A DNA stretch of 64,000 bases from Candidatus Atabeyarchaeum deiterrae (GCA_037310415.1 CP147780.1:640001-704000); one strand, 5' to 3'. Shown: positions 9,906 through 20,857, numbered from the stretch's first letter. Notes: generated by a model from the sequence alone, not told the origin. Program-made: numbers and translations.

Positions 9906-11741
9906 TTGCTTTTGGGAGAAGAAACCGTTTCGAGTATGTACAGCAGACTTTTCAAGCTGCCTCGCCTATCTAGAATCGTAGTTATTGGGATTCTAATGTG
10001 CGCTGCCATGGATCTTCTTTTTGTTCTCAGCTTTCTTCATCCATTAAGTGCGCCTTCCTCATTGCTGGATATCCTTGAGAGTTCCCTGTTCGGTTTTGTT
10101 CTCCTAATTGGAGCGTTTCTGATTTCATCTGTTCTGACCCTTGGCGTGTCTAGGAGGATCTCAAAAGTGATGAACTTCAGGAGAGCCCTCGGTGTCTCAC
10201 TTTTCTCGCTGACTTTCACTACCACTGTTTTTCTGATCGGTTGGGTTCTCTATTATGTAGGATTCTCCAGTCTTTTGCCTGATTTCTTCATTTTTGGGTT
10301 AGCAGCTGGCTTTACTATCAGGTTGTTGGTCGCTCTCGTCACGGTCAGTGGCAACTACCTTGGCGCTATAGCTGATTCTCTCGTTCAACCGCTGCTCGAG
10401 TTTTTCCTGCTTCTTCCCGTCGCTAGTACTGATCGGCTCCTAATCTTCCTGTCAACTCTCCTTATCATACTTGCCATCTTCGCTGTCCTCACATCCGCAT
10501 ACGTCAGAGCAATCGGTTCTCAACTAAGGCGACTTACTGGTGTCGATGGTCGCGTCTTTTTCAGATCCTTCCTCAGCGAATGGAGTGCTGGCACAGGGGA
10601 CCAACTGGAAGAAATCATTGGAAGGAATTCGGTGAGAAAGGACTTGAGATTTGCCTGTTTTTCCTTTAGGAACAAACGAGGAAGAATGAAAGCTATAATG
10701 ATTGTTCCGACTGTGCACCCAGGGCCATTCAAGGGAGTAGGTTCGAGTAATCTTCCGGCTTATCTGATGCGCAAATTGGAAGAGGATTTCGATTGCCCCG
10801 TAGTATGCGCACATGGTCCAAGCACGCATGGAGAGAACTTGGTGAAGTCAAGCCAGTGCAAAGAAGTCTACAAGGAGATACTTGCGGTTCTGAGACAAAA
10901 GTCTACTCCATCCAAGTATTCAAGCCAACTCGCGAGGGCGACAGAGGATGGGGTATCAGTCGCGTGCCAGATCTTCGGGGGTCTTGCTCTTCTGATAGGT
11001 AGTTCGTCATCCTCTCTTCCCATCGATGACATAAGCCTTGCAGTAGGGGACAATGCAACTTCAGCGGCAAGGAGGTCTGATATAGAGGCTTTTTTCGTTG
11101 ATTCCCATAGTTGTGTTAATCCTGAGAGCGATGATATTTGGCCGAGTTCAAAAGTCAGCGAGATGATTGTCAAAGCTTCCCAGAAAGCTGCCCATGAGGT
11201 CTCCAAGTTCGGTAGGGAACCTTTCAGGATCGGAGCTGCAAAGATAAGGTCGACCGGCATATCGAGAGTCGATGGAATGGGAGAAGAGGGAGTATCGGCA
11301 ATCGTGATCCAAGTAAACGAGAAGAGTATTGCATATGTTCTCTTCGATTCAAATAACATGGTGCCTAGCCTAAGGGATCTGCTCAGAAGCGAACTGGTCA
11401 AAACAGGTTTCGACTCTGTTGAGGTTCTCACCAGCGACACTCATTCGACAAGTGCTTTGACCCCGGGTAAAATAGGATATAACCCGCTGGGATTCTCCAC
11501 TTCCCACGACCAGATCCTTCAGCTCTCGATTTCAGTGGCCAACAAGGCCAAGGAAGACGCAGAGACTGCAGTCGTGAATGCGCGCATCGGGGTCCTAAAA
11601 GGTGTCAACGTTGCCGGCGAAGAAAACATGCAGAACATTCTGAGAGGAATAAGGAACTCGATTAGAGTTGCGAAGAAACTCGCTCCAATCTCGTTTGGTG
11701 TTGCGGTATTGCTGAGCATCATTGTAGTTGTATTGACTTGA
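9906..11741 (+). CDS. DUF2070 family membrane protein
   Basis: N-terminal TM helices; HPGPFKGVGSSNLP, HGPSTH, DSNN, TSDTH. Confidence 0.85.
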   Translation: MLLGEETVSSMYSRLFKLPRLSRIVVIGILMCAAMDLLFVLSFLHPLSAPSSLLDILESSLFGFVLLIGAFLISSVLTLGVSRRISKVMNFRRALGVSLFSLTFTTTVFLIGWVLYYVGFSSLLPDFFIFGLAAGFTIRLLVALVTVSGNYLGAIADSLVQPLLEFFLLLPVASTDRLLIFLSTLLIILAIFAVLTSAYVRAIGSQLRRLTGVDGRVFFRSFLSEWSAGTGDQLEEIIGRNSVRKDLRFACFSFRNKRGRMKAIMIVPTVHPGPFKGVGSSNLPAYLMRKLEEDFDCPVVCAHGPSTHGENLVKSSQCKEVYKEILAVLRQKSTPSKYSSQLARATEDGVSVACQIFGGLALLIGSSSSSLPIDDISLAVGDNATSAARRSDIEAFFVDSHSCVNPESDDIWPSSKVSEMIVKASQKAAHEVSKFGREPFRIGAAKIRSTGISRVDGMGEEGVSAIVIQVNEKSIAYVLFDSNNMVPSLRDLLRSELVKTGFDSVEVLTSDTHSTSALTPGKIGYNPLGFSTSHDQILQLSISVANKAKEDAETAVVNARIGVLKGVNVAGEENMQNILRGIRNSIRVAKKLAPISFGVAVLLSIIVVVLT

Positions 11742-11869
11742 CCTCTATCTCAACAGCAAAGCTCAGCGGGAGTAATCTCTTAGGAATCTCTTGGGACTCC
11801 TAGCCCCTGTATTTTGAGGATAGATTTATTTCTTTGAGCTGGCTTATTTGACTTCGCGTGGTTCTGAAG

Positions 11870-12142
11870 ATGGAGGAGTCAAAACCCAGATTATCTGCGA
11901 TAGGGTTGCTGAGCGAGTGTGTGGGCAAAAGAATTAGAGTAATTGTTAAAGATAATTTTGGGTATGAGGGCACACTCTCCGCACTCTCTGATTCTCCTCC
12001 GTCCTTGTTTCTCGCTGACGCCGAGGCTTTCGTTATCAGGACTACAATCGCAGATCCCGTTCCGAGAATAGTCAGCAAGGAGCGGAGAAGCTCGATATTC
12101 GTGAACTTGGATTCCGTCCTGAGAATCGAGATACCCGACTGA
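11870..12142 (+). CDS. Divergent Sm/Lsm-fold protein
   Basis: VGKRIRVIVK...YEGTL...LFLADAE...IFVN..SVLRI follows the Sm1/Sm2 pattern. Confidence 0.65.
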   Translation: MEESKPRLSAIGLLSECVGKRIRVIVKDNFGYEGTLSALSDSPPSLFLADAEAFVIRTTIADPVPRIVSKERRSSIFVNLDSVLRIEIPD

Positions 12143-12168
12143 AAGACTATACCGGGTCACGATTCTCA

Positions 12169-12357
12169 TCAGAATGGGAGTATCCCGTAGAACCTTAGCC
12201 ATGCCAGTATCACAACTACTATTAGCCCGACTGAAATGGCAACTACTACGGTAGGGCTGAACTTCACGCCTTTCATTTCGTCTTGGAAAAACCTAATCAG
12301 CCCAGCGCCGGTCGCTGGCATGACTCCTTCTTCTCTTCGTCTTCTTCTGCTGGACAT
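12169..12357 (-). CDS. secG: Preprotein translocase Sec61beta/SecG
   Basis: PATGAGLIRFF...KFSP followed by a single TM helix. Confidence 0.9.
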   Translation of the reverse strand: MSSRRRRREEGVMPATGAGLIRFFQDEMKGVKFSPTVVVAISVGLIVVVILAWLRFYGILPF

Positions 12358-12524
12358 TTCAGTACTCCTCCAGATCGATTCTGGCTACGTCCTTGGAGTA
12401 TGGGATCCATTATTAAGGTTACTGTTGCAGCCGTTCTACCGTTTGCGGGAGAAGAAAGGTTAAATTATGTATTCTGAAGAATGTGTCATATATAACCCCA
12501 ACACGAGTTTCTTTGGAGGATGTA

Positions 12525-13900
12525 ATGAACTTGGAGACAGATTCGTTGCGGCAGACCTATTCTAGAGTCAAAGACTTGCTGCGCGAACATCACAAATGGT
12601 TTGACAATAGCATTCCATTGATAGCAAGTGAGAATGTTCCAAGTCCTGCTATCCGTGCAGCTATCGTTTCAGACTTTGGCAACCGGTATGCTGAAGGCTG
12701 GCCTGGAGAGTGAATGCTCGTTCGGTCATGGTATGAGCATTCCCCAGAAAGCGCGTCTACGCCGGTACCAAATATATCGACCAGGTTGAACTGATCTGTG
12801 GTGAGTTAGCTAGAAGGCTCTTCAAGGCTGAGTTTGCAGATGTTAGGCCGATCTCGGGCGTCGTAGCCAACTTAGCGCTTTATACTGCCTTCACTGAACC
12901 AGGGGACAGAATGCTGGCCTTGCCAATCCCCTCTGGTGGCCATATTAGCCATGCAAAGAAGGATCTTGGCGGAACTGCGGGAGCCGTACATGGACTGAAA
13001 GTCCGATACTTTGAATACGATGAGAAAGAGTTCAATATTGATGTTGACGAAAGCGTCAAGCGTATCAGAAAGATGATCAAGAAAGGAAAGGTCATTAACC
13101 TTCTCATGTTCGGTGCGAGCGTCTTTCTCTTTCCTCACCCCGTCAGAGAGTTCAGAGACATCGCGGATGAAATGGGCGCCTTCATAGCGTACGATGGTGC
13201 CCATGTCGCTGGACTGATTGCTGGAGAGCGCTTTCAAGATCCTCTAAGGGAAGGTGCCGATGTCTTTTCTATGAGTACCCACAAGACATTACCAGGACCA
13301 CAAGGCGGTGCTCTACTCTCTTGGCAGAAGTACGGCGAACGCATAAAAAAGGCAGTTTTCCCGGGATTAACAAGCAACCATCATCTGAACACGGTCGCTG
13401 GGAAGACCATAGCTTTTCTTGAAATGCTGGCATTCGGCAAGGAGTACGCTGGGCAGATTATCGCAAACGCGAAGGCACTCGGACAAGCTCTCCATGAGGA
13501 AGGTTTCAATGTTCTTGCCGGACATAAGGGATTCACTGAGTCACACACTCTCTTGGTCGATGTAACAAACACTCCTCTCAAGAATGGTCATGCTTGCGAG
13601 AAGGCATTGGAAGCTGCGAACATCATCATAAACAGGAATCTCTTACCTTGGGACATAAGGGAGGGTCGTAACTATCTAGCTCCTGGAGGAATAAGGCTAG
13701 GCACCAGTGAGGTCACAAGGATCGGTATGAAAGCATCAGATATGAAACAAATAGCGACTTTCATGAAACGGGTTATCTTTGATCACAAAGATCCATCTGC
13801 CGTGGGTCAAGAAGTGGAAGGCTTCAGGCGATCTTTCAAGAAAGTCAAGTATTGCTTTGAGTCCCAGACGGGTGCTTACGAGTATTTCGACATAAAGTGA
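12525..13900 (+). CDS. glyA: Serine hydroxymethyltransferase, two exons (12525-12708 + 12750-13900), 444 aa when spliced
   Basis: Exon 1 LIASEN...NRYAEGWPG; exon 2 RVYAGTKYID...GGHISH, DGAH, STHKT, GIRLGTSE; GGAGG SD before ATG 12525. Confidence 0.95.
12709..12749 (+). other. 41-nt BHB intron in glyA
   Basis: Central helix CTGG/CCAG, bulges AGA and AAA, inner stem GAATGCTC/GAGCATTC; removal restores the frame. Confidence 0.9.
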
Positions 13901-14042
13901 TGTGAGGATCGACATCCACTATAGTTCTTAAATACTATTAGACCTTCTTTATCTATTGTAGAGGGAGACTAGAGATACTTTTTCATTTGTGAGAACAGAA
14001 CTATGAAGTTCAGTATGCCAACTTGTTACTGGAGGTTTTCAT

Positions 14043-14882
14043 ATGACTAAGGCTCAAGAAGTAATGTCGGCCAGTCCTATTACAATAGAAGTGCCCGGCA
14101 GCAGAAAGGAAGCAATGGACATTATGGTCAAGAATGACTTAACGTGGTTGCCTGTCGTGAAGAAAGGCACCAGGCTGCTGGTGGGAGCGGTATCCCGTTC
14201 TGATCTCATGAGCAAACCCGAAGAGGATCAATTAGCTCTTCTCATGAAAAGAGACCCAGTCGCCATTTCACCGGATGCTGATATCAAAGAAGCCGTCAGA
14301 CTGATATTAAGCGACAATCTTACTCGGCTACTGGTCTGCTCGTCGAAGAAGGAGCTTATCGGGGCACTCACGGTTACTGACATAGTTCACAAGGTTGTCA
14401 TCGAGACCGACAAGACAAAGATCATTAAGCCCTATGTTGAGCGAACCCTAACCTGCGTATGGTCAGGGACGCCCCTTCCTGTAGCTTATCGCATAATGAA
14501 ACTTTCGCATTATCGAGCTCTTCCCGTCCTAGACGACAAGGGCGAGTTAGCAGGAATAGTAGGTGAGTCAGACTTCTTGTCGGTTAGCGAAGAAGTCCAT
14601 GAAGAGAAGATCTCAAAAACTACTGCTGACAGCGAGGGAACCGATTGGGATTGGGACACTTCAGACAGAATAATAATCGCTAAACGGAAATTGAAAATAC
14701 CCGACAAACCAGTAGAGACTATTATGATCAAGAATGTCGAGACAAGTGTCGAACAAGCTAGTGTTGCAGAATGCGCTCTGAAGATGAAGCGGCTCGGAAT
14801 AGACCAATTGCCAGTTCTCGACGCCAAGGGCTCACTGAGTGGCATGATAAAAGATGTCGATCTCTTGAAGGCCTTAGTATGA
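14043..14882 (+). CDS. Four-CBS-domain protein
   Basis: Repeated LPVV/LPVL...G CBS signatures. Confidence 0.88.
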   Translation: MTKAQEVMSASPITIEVPGSRKEAMDIMVKNDLTWLPVVKKGTRLLVGAVSRSDLMSKPEEDQLALLMKRDPVAISPDADIKEAVRLILSDNLTRLLVCSSKKELIGALTVTDIVHKVVIETDKTKIIKPYVERTLTCVWSGTPLPVAYRIMKLSHYRALPVLDDKGELAGIVGESDFLSVSEEVHEEKISKTTADSEGTDWDWDTSDRIIIAKRKLKIPDKPVETIMIKNVETSVEQASVAECALKMKRLGIDQLPVLDAKGSLSGMIKDVDLLKALV

Positions 14883-14902
14883 CAGTTTGGCTATTTATTA
14901 AG

Positions 14903-17900
14903 CTACTTCGCTATGCTAAAATCCGTCAGTCTCTTCTGAACTGGGGTCTTGCCTTCAAACACGGATGTCAAGTTCTGCTCAATCATTTCAATTCTTTGTG
15001 CAAACATTGCGCCCACATCGTAGTCTTTCACTATTCCTGAGGCTAGATCGAAGTACTTTATTACAGTATTTCTCGACACCGTTGTTAGGATCTTTCCGCC
15101 GCAACGCAGACAATGACCAATCAGCGGTACTCTCCGATACTTGGCGTTACATTTCATGCATCTGAACTTCTGTGAGGTAAACGCTCTCAGACATCCAAGT
15201 AAATCTGGGATTAGATGTGTCTCGAGAACCTTTCGTGCGACATCTGAAGAGTCAACAGCCCTTATCCTAGTTGCGATTGCCAATTGAGCTTTCAGCTTCA
15301 TCTGGGTCGATTTCTGCAAAGTGTAAGAGCTCCTTCTGGGTCCGCCAGCTATATCATTAGTAGGGTGAGAGAAACTGAAGCCTACATATTGCTCGGGCTT
15401 TCCAAGCCTCTTGGATACGATTTCCATAATATCTTCTATGCTTTTCGGATCTGCATGTTCGAGGGTCTTTTGATAAAACTCTAGGGGATAATCTGACATC
15501 AAATCAAAGCTATGTGCTTCATCATCCACTTCCTCAGGGTCTACGGCTGTCGACACTATCAAAGGTGCATCCATCATTCCTCCTCTGCTGCTGGGGAGAT
15601 ACGACTTTGAGAAATTCAGTAACGCGTCCAGAGCTAGTATTACAGAATCCTCATCGCCATCGCAATTCCTTCTTTTCGCCGCATGCCAGTATGGATGCGC
15701 GAAGCAGACAGAAGTTTTGGTGAATCCTACTATTCTGCCAACTATTCCGACTGAAGTGTGAGGCGCTAATCCGATTGCCAGATGACCCACCAAGTCTTCT
15801 GCAGTATTGGCTCTGTAGAATGGCTCAAGCCCATAGACTCTTTTCAACAGATCATCTACGAATTTGGATACTCTTAGAAGATATTCAGCACATTCACTCG
15901 GTAGTATTATATCCTGTACCTTCAACTCCAGTATCTGATCCTCGCTCACAAGCCTATTGCCAAGATTGTCCGCTTCATACCCTAGTTCAGTTAATACTTC
16001 GACACTGACATTTGCTTCCCGGGCGGTGAAGTGAGTAAGCGGCGCATCAGTTGCATCGTATCTCGTGGTTCCATCTTTGAAAACGTAGAGAGAGTATTTA
16101 GCTCTCAATATCGCCTTTTCCAGCAACTCAGGTTCTTTGCCTCTGCTTGTGAGGCCCTGTACGCCTTTTACATCCCTCGGCGAACTACCTGTCTTCATTG
16201 TTGCGTCAGCGAATAGCTTGTGAATGTCTATTTCCCTTTTGCGATATGGACTAGTTGTCCCCCCACACTTGGGACATATGTCATCCTCGCTTGTCATCAT
16301 CTGACAACGCGTACATGTCCTCACAATAATCGTGCTGTTCCCACAGTTTTGGCATTTGCAGTAGAGTGTCTCCTCTCCACAGTGAAGGCATTTTCTTCTG
16401 GCCAATTCGACTTTAATTACTCTCTTTTCTGCTGCCTTGTTTATGCTTCTGCTGATTCCTCCTTCCAGACCCACAGGGAATAAACCGTGGACTGGAGGTT
16501 TCATCTTCCTTTCCATAGCTTTCTCGGGTCTTCCCATCCTAGCTCCTATGTAGACGGGGGCCTTTTTTCTGAGAATAAGTCCAGAGAGTTCTCTAATCAG
16601 TTCATACACATCATCGGTCTGCTTACATCCTATGGTTTTCGTGAATATCGCCATTATTTCGAACAGGATCAAATGGTGTTCGGAGAGTTCGATTCTTTCG
16701 GGGAAGCTGTCAAATGGAATTCCCAGTTTTTCGAGAACGTTGAGCGTATTCTTGTCTTTTGACAGCTGCAAAACTTGTCTGTGTCCCTTCAAAGCAAGGG
16801 TCCCATTTTTCAGTGCCTCTCTTAGAAGCAATAGCTCACTGACTACTATGTCGTGCCAGAAATAGGTGAACCTTGGGTGCAGAGGAATCCCTAGTTGCCT
16901 AGCGAGTCTTAGGGTTTCATGAGCCGTGGGTCTTGCCGAGAAGGGCTCGGAAGATAGTTCTCGAAGTCTCTCCTGAGATATGCCTATCGATTGGCTGGCC
17001 AATAACAAGTTCTCGGCAAACCGCGTTTTGATTGCCCCAGTTGCTTCCTTCTGCCACCATTCCTCGCAATATCCTGATTCAACGAGCGGGTGATTGTTCT
17101 CTAGAAACTCTCCGTAAGCAACCAACATGTCGCCCAAGAAGAGTATCTCAGCAATCTTCCCGAGGCATTCTAAGGCTTCGCTTTGGCTGTCTACTGCTTT
17201 TACACTTCCGTCTGTTAGTTTCACGATGGGCCCTTCAATGCTACTGACAGGGAGGGCGATTGCCCCTTTTCCAGGTCGTTCGACCGCAAGTTGTGTTCCT
17301 GGCGCAATGAACCCATCCAATAGAACCATAGTTGCTGGGTTCAGCCCGATGGCTGCCAACCCAGTGTTCCGTGACCTACCGTACCTTAGTCTGAATCCTC
17401 CGACGCGGGAAGGATACGAAAAGACAGGTCTCCCTGCGATAACTTCAGATAAGTACTTGGGGTTTGGTTTTATATTCTTTCTGTCATCGCTCTTGTCGCG
17501 TTTCTCGTTTGTTCTTAGCTCATCAAGCCACTCCCAGCCTTCCCCGCCGATCTTGTCGATTATCTTCTTCAGTTTGGGTGCCTTCGAGATCACTCCATCA
17601 TTGAGTACGAGTATGGCTCCACCGCGCAACTTGTTTGTTCCTATTCGAGGTAGGTCGCGGTGGCCTGAGACTTCAAGTTGCTCGGTCGGCTCACCTGTTA
17701 CTTCAATTGGCAGATTCTTGGCAGTCTTCCGGATTTCGTCAGCACTGGACGGATACTGAAGATGGGTCACCTGTCTTCTGTATAATTCGATTTCTTCTAC
17801 AAATCGCTCAACCTCGTCCTCTGTCGGATCGTATTTGTCAAGGTGAAGCAGTTTTCTAATGAAATCCCCCACTAGTACTGTCTGTGCAGCCTCTGTTCCT

Positions 17901-18343
17901 CCTGATGCACGAATAGGACTTGCGAAGTATATTGCTAAGTAGTTGCCACCATCTGATCTCCTTTTTATCCTAACACTGGCAATTCCTTCAAGTGGGCTAG
18001 TTGTGACTCCCTCGTTCAAGATTGCAAGTGATGTCCTTATAGCTTGTTCAGCAGCTTTCTCGTCGTCATCAAACCTGCCAAACTTGCCGTAGATTATCTC
18101 TTCTGAGATTTTAAAGGCTATTTCCTCACGGGAGAGTTTCTTGTTGAGTTCCCTTATTCTTTGGGCTACGTTGTCTGGTCCAACGAGACTCTCTACACGC
18201 GCAGCCAAGTCATGGGCCCTAGCTATTTCGGGTTTCTCGCTTGGATCTAGTCCCTTGGCGCGAGCTGTCTCAGCTATGCCGTACAGTTTCCTCATTTCAT
18301 ATTCGAGAGCGTCGAAGTATGCCTTCGTATCGGTGTAAGTCAT
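14903..18343 (-). CDS. polC: DNA polymerase D large subunit DP2
   Basis: PIRASGGT, GGFRLRYGRSRNTG, catalytic RRNCDGDED, Zn fingers, C-terminal QKRLTDF PIP box. Confidence 0.97.
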   Translation of the reverse strand: MTYTDTKAYFDALEYEMRKLYGIAETARAKGLDPSEKPEIARAHDLAARVESLVGPDNVAQRIRELNKKLSREEIAFKISEEIIYGKFGRFDDDEKAAEQAIRTSLAILNEGVTTSPLEGIASVRIKRRSDGGNYLAIYFASPIRASGGTEAAQTVLVGDFIRKLLHLDKYDPTEDEVERFVEEIELYRRQVTHLQYPSSADEIRKTAKNLPIEVTGEPTEQLEVSGHRDLPRIGTNKLRGGAILVLNDGVISKAPKLKKIIDKIGGEGWEWLDELRTNEKRDKSDDRKNIKPNPKYLSEVIAGRPVFSYPSRVGGFRLRYGRSRNTGLAAIGLNPATMVLLDGFIAPGTQLAVERPGKGAIALPVSSIEGPIVKLTDGSVKAVDSQSEALECLGKIAEILFLGDMLVAYGEFLENNHPLVESGYCEEWWQKEATGAIKTRFAENLLLASQSIGISQERLRELSSEPFSARPTAHETLRLARQLGIPLHPRFTYFWHDIVVSELLLLREALKNGTLALKGHRQVLQLSKDKNTLNVLEKLGIPFDSFPERIELSEHHLILFEIMAIFTKTIGCKQTDDVYELIRELSGLILRKKAPVYIGARMGRPEKAMERKMKPPVHGLFPVGLEGGISRSINKAAEKRVIKVELARRKCLHCGEETLYCKCQNCGNSTIIVRTCTRCQMMTSEDDICPKCGGTTSPYRKREIDIHKLFADATMKTGSSPRDVKGVQGLTSRGKEPELLEKAILRAKYSLYVFKDGTTRYDATDAPLTHFTAREANVSVEVLTELGYEADNLGNRLVSEDQILELKVQDIILPSECAEYLLRVSKFVDDLLKRVYGLEPFYRANTAEDLVGHLAIGLAPHTSVGIVGRIVGFTKTSVCFAHPYWHAAKRRNCDGDEDSVILALDALLNFSKSYLPSSRGGMMDAPLIVSTAVDPEEVDDEAHSFDLMSDYPLEFYQKTLEHADPKSIEDIMEIVSKRLGKPEQYVGFSFSHPTNDIAGGPRRSSYTLQKSTQMKLKAQLAIATRIRAVDSSDVARKVLETHLIPDLLGCLRAFTSQKFRCMKCNAKYRRVPLIGHCLRCGGKILTTVSRNTVIKYFDLASGIVKDYDVGAMFAQRIEMIEQNLTSVFEGKTPVQKRLTDFSIAK

Positions 18344-18574
18344 ATCACACACCGTCGGGTCCTGAAACCAGATGTTCAGAGCATGTTTTTATTGTGAGAA
18401 AATGGCTAGCATGTTTTCTTTTTACTAGACTTTCATATCTTAAGTGTGATTGTGATCAACGATGTGCCGATCCAGCGAGTGAGCATGTAACAGCCAATCT
18501 TCGCGTCCCTCTTCCTGAACGAGTACCTGCACACTCTACATGCACTCCAAGAACTAATGAATTAGATCCTGCCT

Positions 18575-20857
18575 CTATAAACTGTTCGATTGGCTTCTCA
18601 ATCCGTGCTGAGGCGATACTAAGCTGTCACGTCTCTCGTTCCTCAGAGTGACATTATCTTTGTAGATCTCGTCGAAAATCTTGGTAGTCAAATCGATGTC
18701 AATCTCGCTTCTGTTTGCTAATGTCTCAAATAGTGATCTGTATCTGCTAATCTCATTCTCAAATGCCGATTTAGAAAGAACTTCGAATTCCTTTATTGCG
18801 TTCAATGACGGTGTCTCAAATAAGTCGGTTCTGCTCCCCAATTCATCAGACGATGGATCCCACCTAAAGATGTCCAGCAACTGGACAGAATTAGATGAAA
18901 AGTCGATCATTCCAGTGGTTTGTTCATCCTTTTTTACTTCACATATTCTGACAACTTTGCGCCTCTCGATTGATTCGAGACCGATGCCAACTTTCTTCAT
19001 GTGGATTATTATGCCTATCTGATTAAGACATATAGGGGGTATTTTGTGGTGAATGACCCATCTCAGAATCGCTTGCTCAACTGAGCCGGCATGGCACGTT
19101 TGTAGACCCGTTAACCCCGCAGAGAGAGCGTGAAACATGGCTCTACTATGTGATGCCGTCTGGATTTCGCCCAAATATATTACGTCAGGCGTTCTGTGCA
19201 GAAGAGAGATGATCTCTCTACCTTTGCTTCTAAGCCCCTTTGCCTCCTCAAAGGGCTCGACTCTGAGTCGCACTTGGTGTTTTCCGAGGTCTCTTTGAGG
19301 AATACTCTCAATTGCATCTTCTATCGTTATTTTCCTCCAGTTTGGAGGAGTGAGTAGGTCAAGTGCATTCGCAATCGTTGTCTTTCCTGATCCAGGCTCT
19401 CCCACTGCGACTATGTTTGTTTTTCTCAGGATACAGAAGTAAAGGTATGCAGCTGCCTCTGACGACAATGTCCCGTTTCTTATCAAAGAGATCAAGGATA
19501 GACGTTTCATATCCAACTTTCTTATGTCAAGATGAAACCCGTCTGCGGCTAGAGGTGAAATGTCTATGGATGCTCTTACTGTGAACTTCTTAGTCGCTAT
19601 CTCAGTTTTAATAGACGGGTTCAGGCGATCGAGTCGGAAACCACTTTCTGCTCTCACCCTCGTTTCGATTCTTTTGAGCTCCGAAGCCGATAGTGTTATG
19701 CTAGTTCTGCATCGTCCTCTAACTCTATGATCCAAGTACACGGAGCTGCCTGGTTGGTCGATGAAGAACTCCTCGACTTGTTCATCAATTAGGAAAGGCG
19801 CGATTGACTCAATTCCAATTGACATGTAACAACACAGTTCTGCTATTGAGGACGAGACATCCCCTGCAAGTTCTGGATATCTCTCTCGTATGAGTTTCAG
19901 GGCTTCCCGTTCCCTTGTTCGCATTAGCTCACTTAGACTTAGAAATGTGTGGCTTGAGGTAATGTTGGGGGTATCCCTTATCTCTGCCGTGATCTCTCCA
20001 ACGATTGTGCGCAGACTGTCGTCCTTGTCGATCAAGGAGCATACTGTATACAGATTCTCGCATCGATTCTGATCGACCGATATAGTTACAGTGAACGGAC
20101 CGACTTCATATTCTTCGGCTGGTGTGAATCCCTTAACTGATTGCGCTTTTTCCGAAGAACGTATTCTAGGCACAATGATTGGCTGAAAGAAGTGACCATA
20201 CACTGTCTCCCTTTCATTTTCACTGTAACCTGATTTCTGTTCCAGGAACTTGGATATCAAGGTTGATTTGAGAAGATGTCGCTTTGCTGACTCTAGGAAA
20301 TTGAAGTATGTTTTCCAGCATGGAAGTCGCAATCGTTTCATTCTCTCCCATGACCGCTTCTCACCTAGGATACCTATGTAACTTCCAATAGGATCGCCAC
20401 TCAGATCTTCTTCCCCGAATGTTTCATTGGCAATTACCCTTCGCTTCTTTGGGCACGCTTTGTGACTTTGGCATCTACAACTGGAGATGCTTCTGCTCAA
20501 TTCATCGAGTTCCAGACCGATCTTGTTCACAATTTCAGAAATTTCGTTTATCATCTGTGTCTGATTATGAGTGTACAGTCTTGTTTTAGAAGATGAGATT
20601 ATCGCGATCTCGTCCACTGCTCCTCCCGCAACTCTGGTTCTGAGATGGTTCACTATGCGGGTGAGGCAGGCACGATTGGCTGACGGATCAGGGATCGCCG
20701 AATAACCTGCGCAGATGCTGTCCTCGGGTTTTCTACATAAGACTAGGAGTCTTTTGTCTCTGGGCTGAACTCGGTTCCCTTCACTAGTCTTGTCTTTTAC
20801 TGTTATTCTACAATAGTGTTGTCTACTCACCAATTTGATCATGCTCTGCAAGATCAT
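18575..20857 (-). CDS. Type II/IV secretion or pilus assembly ATPase (CpaF/FlaI-like); start uncertain
   Basis: GEPGSGKTT, ITIEDAIE, LHRTPDVIYLGEI, TCHA. Confidence 0.85.
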   Translation of the reverse strand: MILQSMIKLVSRQHYCRITVKDKTSEGNRVQPRDKRLLVLCRKPEDSICAGYSAIPDPSANRACLTRIVNHLRTRVAGGAVDEIAIISSSKTRLYTHNQTQMINEISEIVNKIGLELDELSRSISSCRCQSHKACPKKRRVIANETFGEEDLSGDPIGSYIGILGEKRSWERMKRLRLPCWKTYFNFLESAKRHLLKSTLISKFLEQKSGYSENERETVYGHFFQPIIVPRIRSSEKAQSVKGFTPAEEYEVGPFTVTISVDQNRCENLYTVCSLIDKDDSLRTIVGEITAEIRDTPNITSSHTFLSLSELMRTREREALKLIRERYPELAGDVSSSIAELCCYMSIGIESIAPFLIDEQVEEFFIDQPGSSVYLDHRVRGRCRTSITLSASELKRIETRVRAESGFRLDRLNPSIKTEIATKKFTVRASIDISPLAADGFHLDIRKLDMKRLSLISLIRNGTLSSEAAAYLYFCILRKTNIVAVGEPGSGKTTIANALDLLTPPNWRKITIEDAIESIPQRDLGKHQVRLRVEPFEEAKGLRSKGREIISLLHRTPDVIYLGEIQTASHSRAMFHALSAGLTGLQTCHAGSVEQAILRWVIHHKIPPICLNQIGIIIHMKKVGIGLESIERRKVVRICEVKKDEQTTGMIDFSSNSVQLLDIFRWDPSSDELGSRTDLFETPSLNAIKEFEVLSKSAFENEISRYRSLFETLANRSEIDIDLTTKIFDEIYKDNVTLRNERRDSLVSPQHGLRSQSNSL

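Noticed and set aside
12711-12745. TGA followed by a hairpin in glyA read as selenocysteine or readthrough recoding, or glyA as a pseudogene
   Set aside because: Readthrough stays in the wrong frame and stops again about 27 codons later. Both halves keep intact SHMT motifs, and BHB excision gives an exact repair.
14903-18343. Inteins in PolD DP2 or Cdc6
   Set aside because: Lengths are normal and no intein splice motifs were seen.
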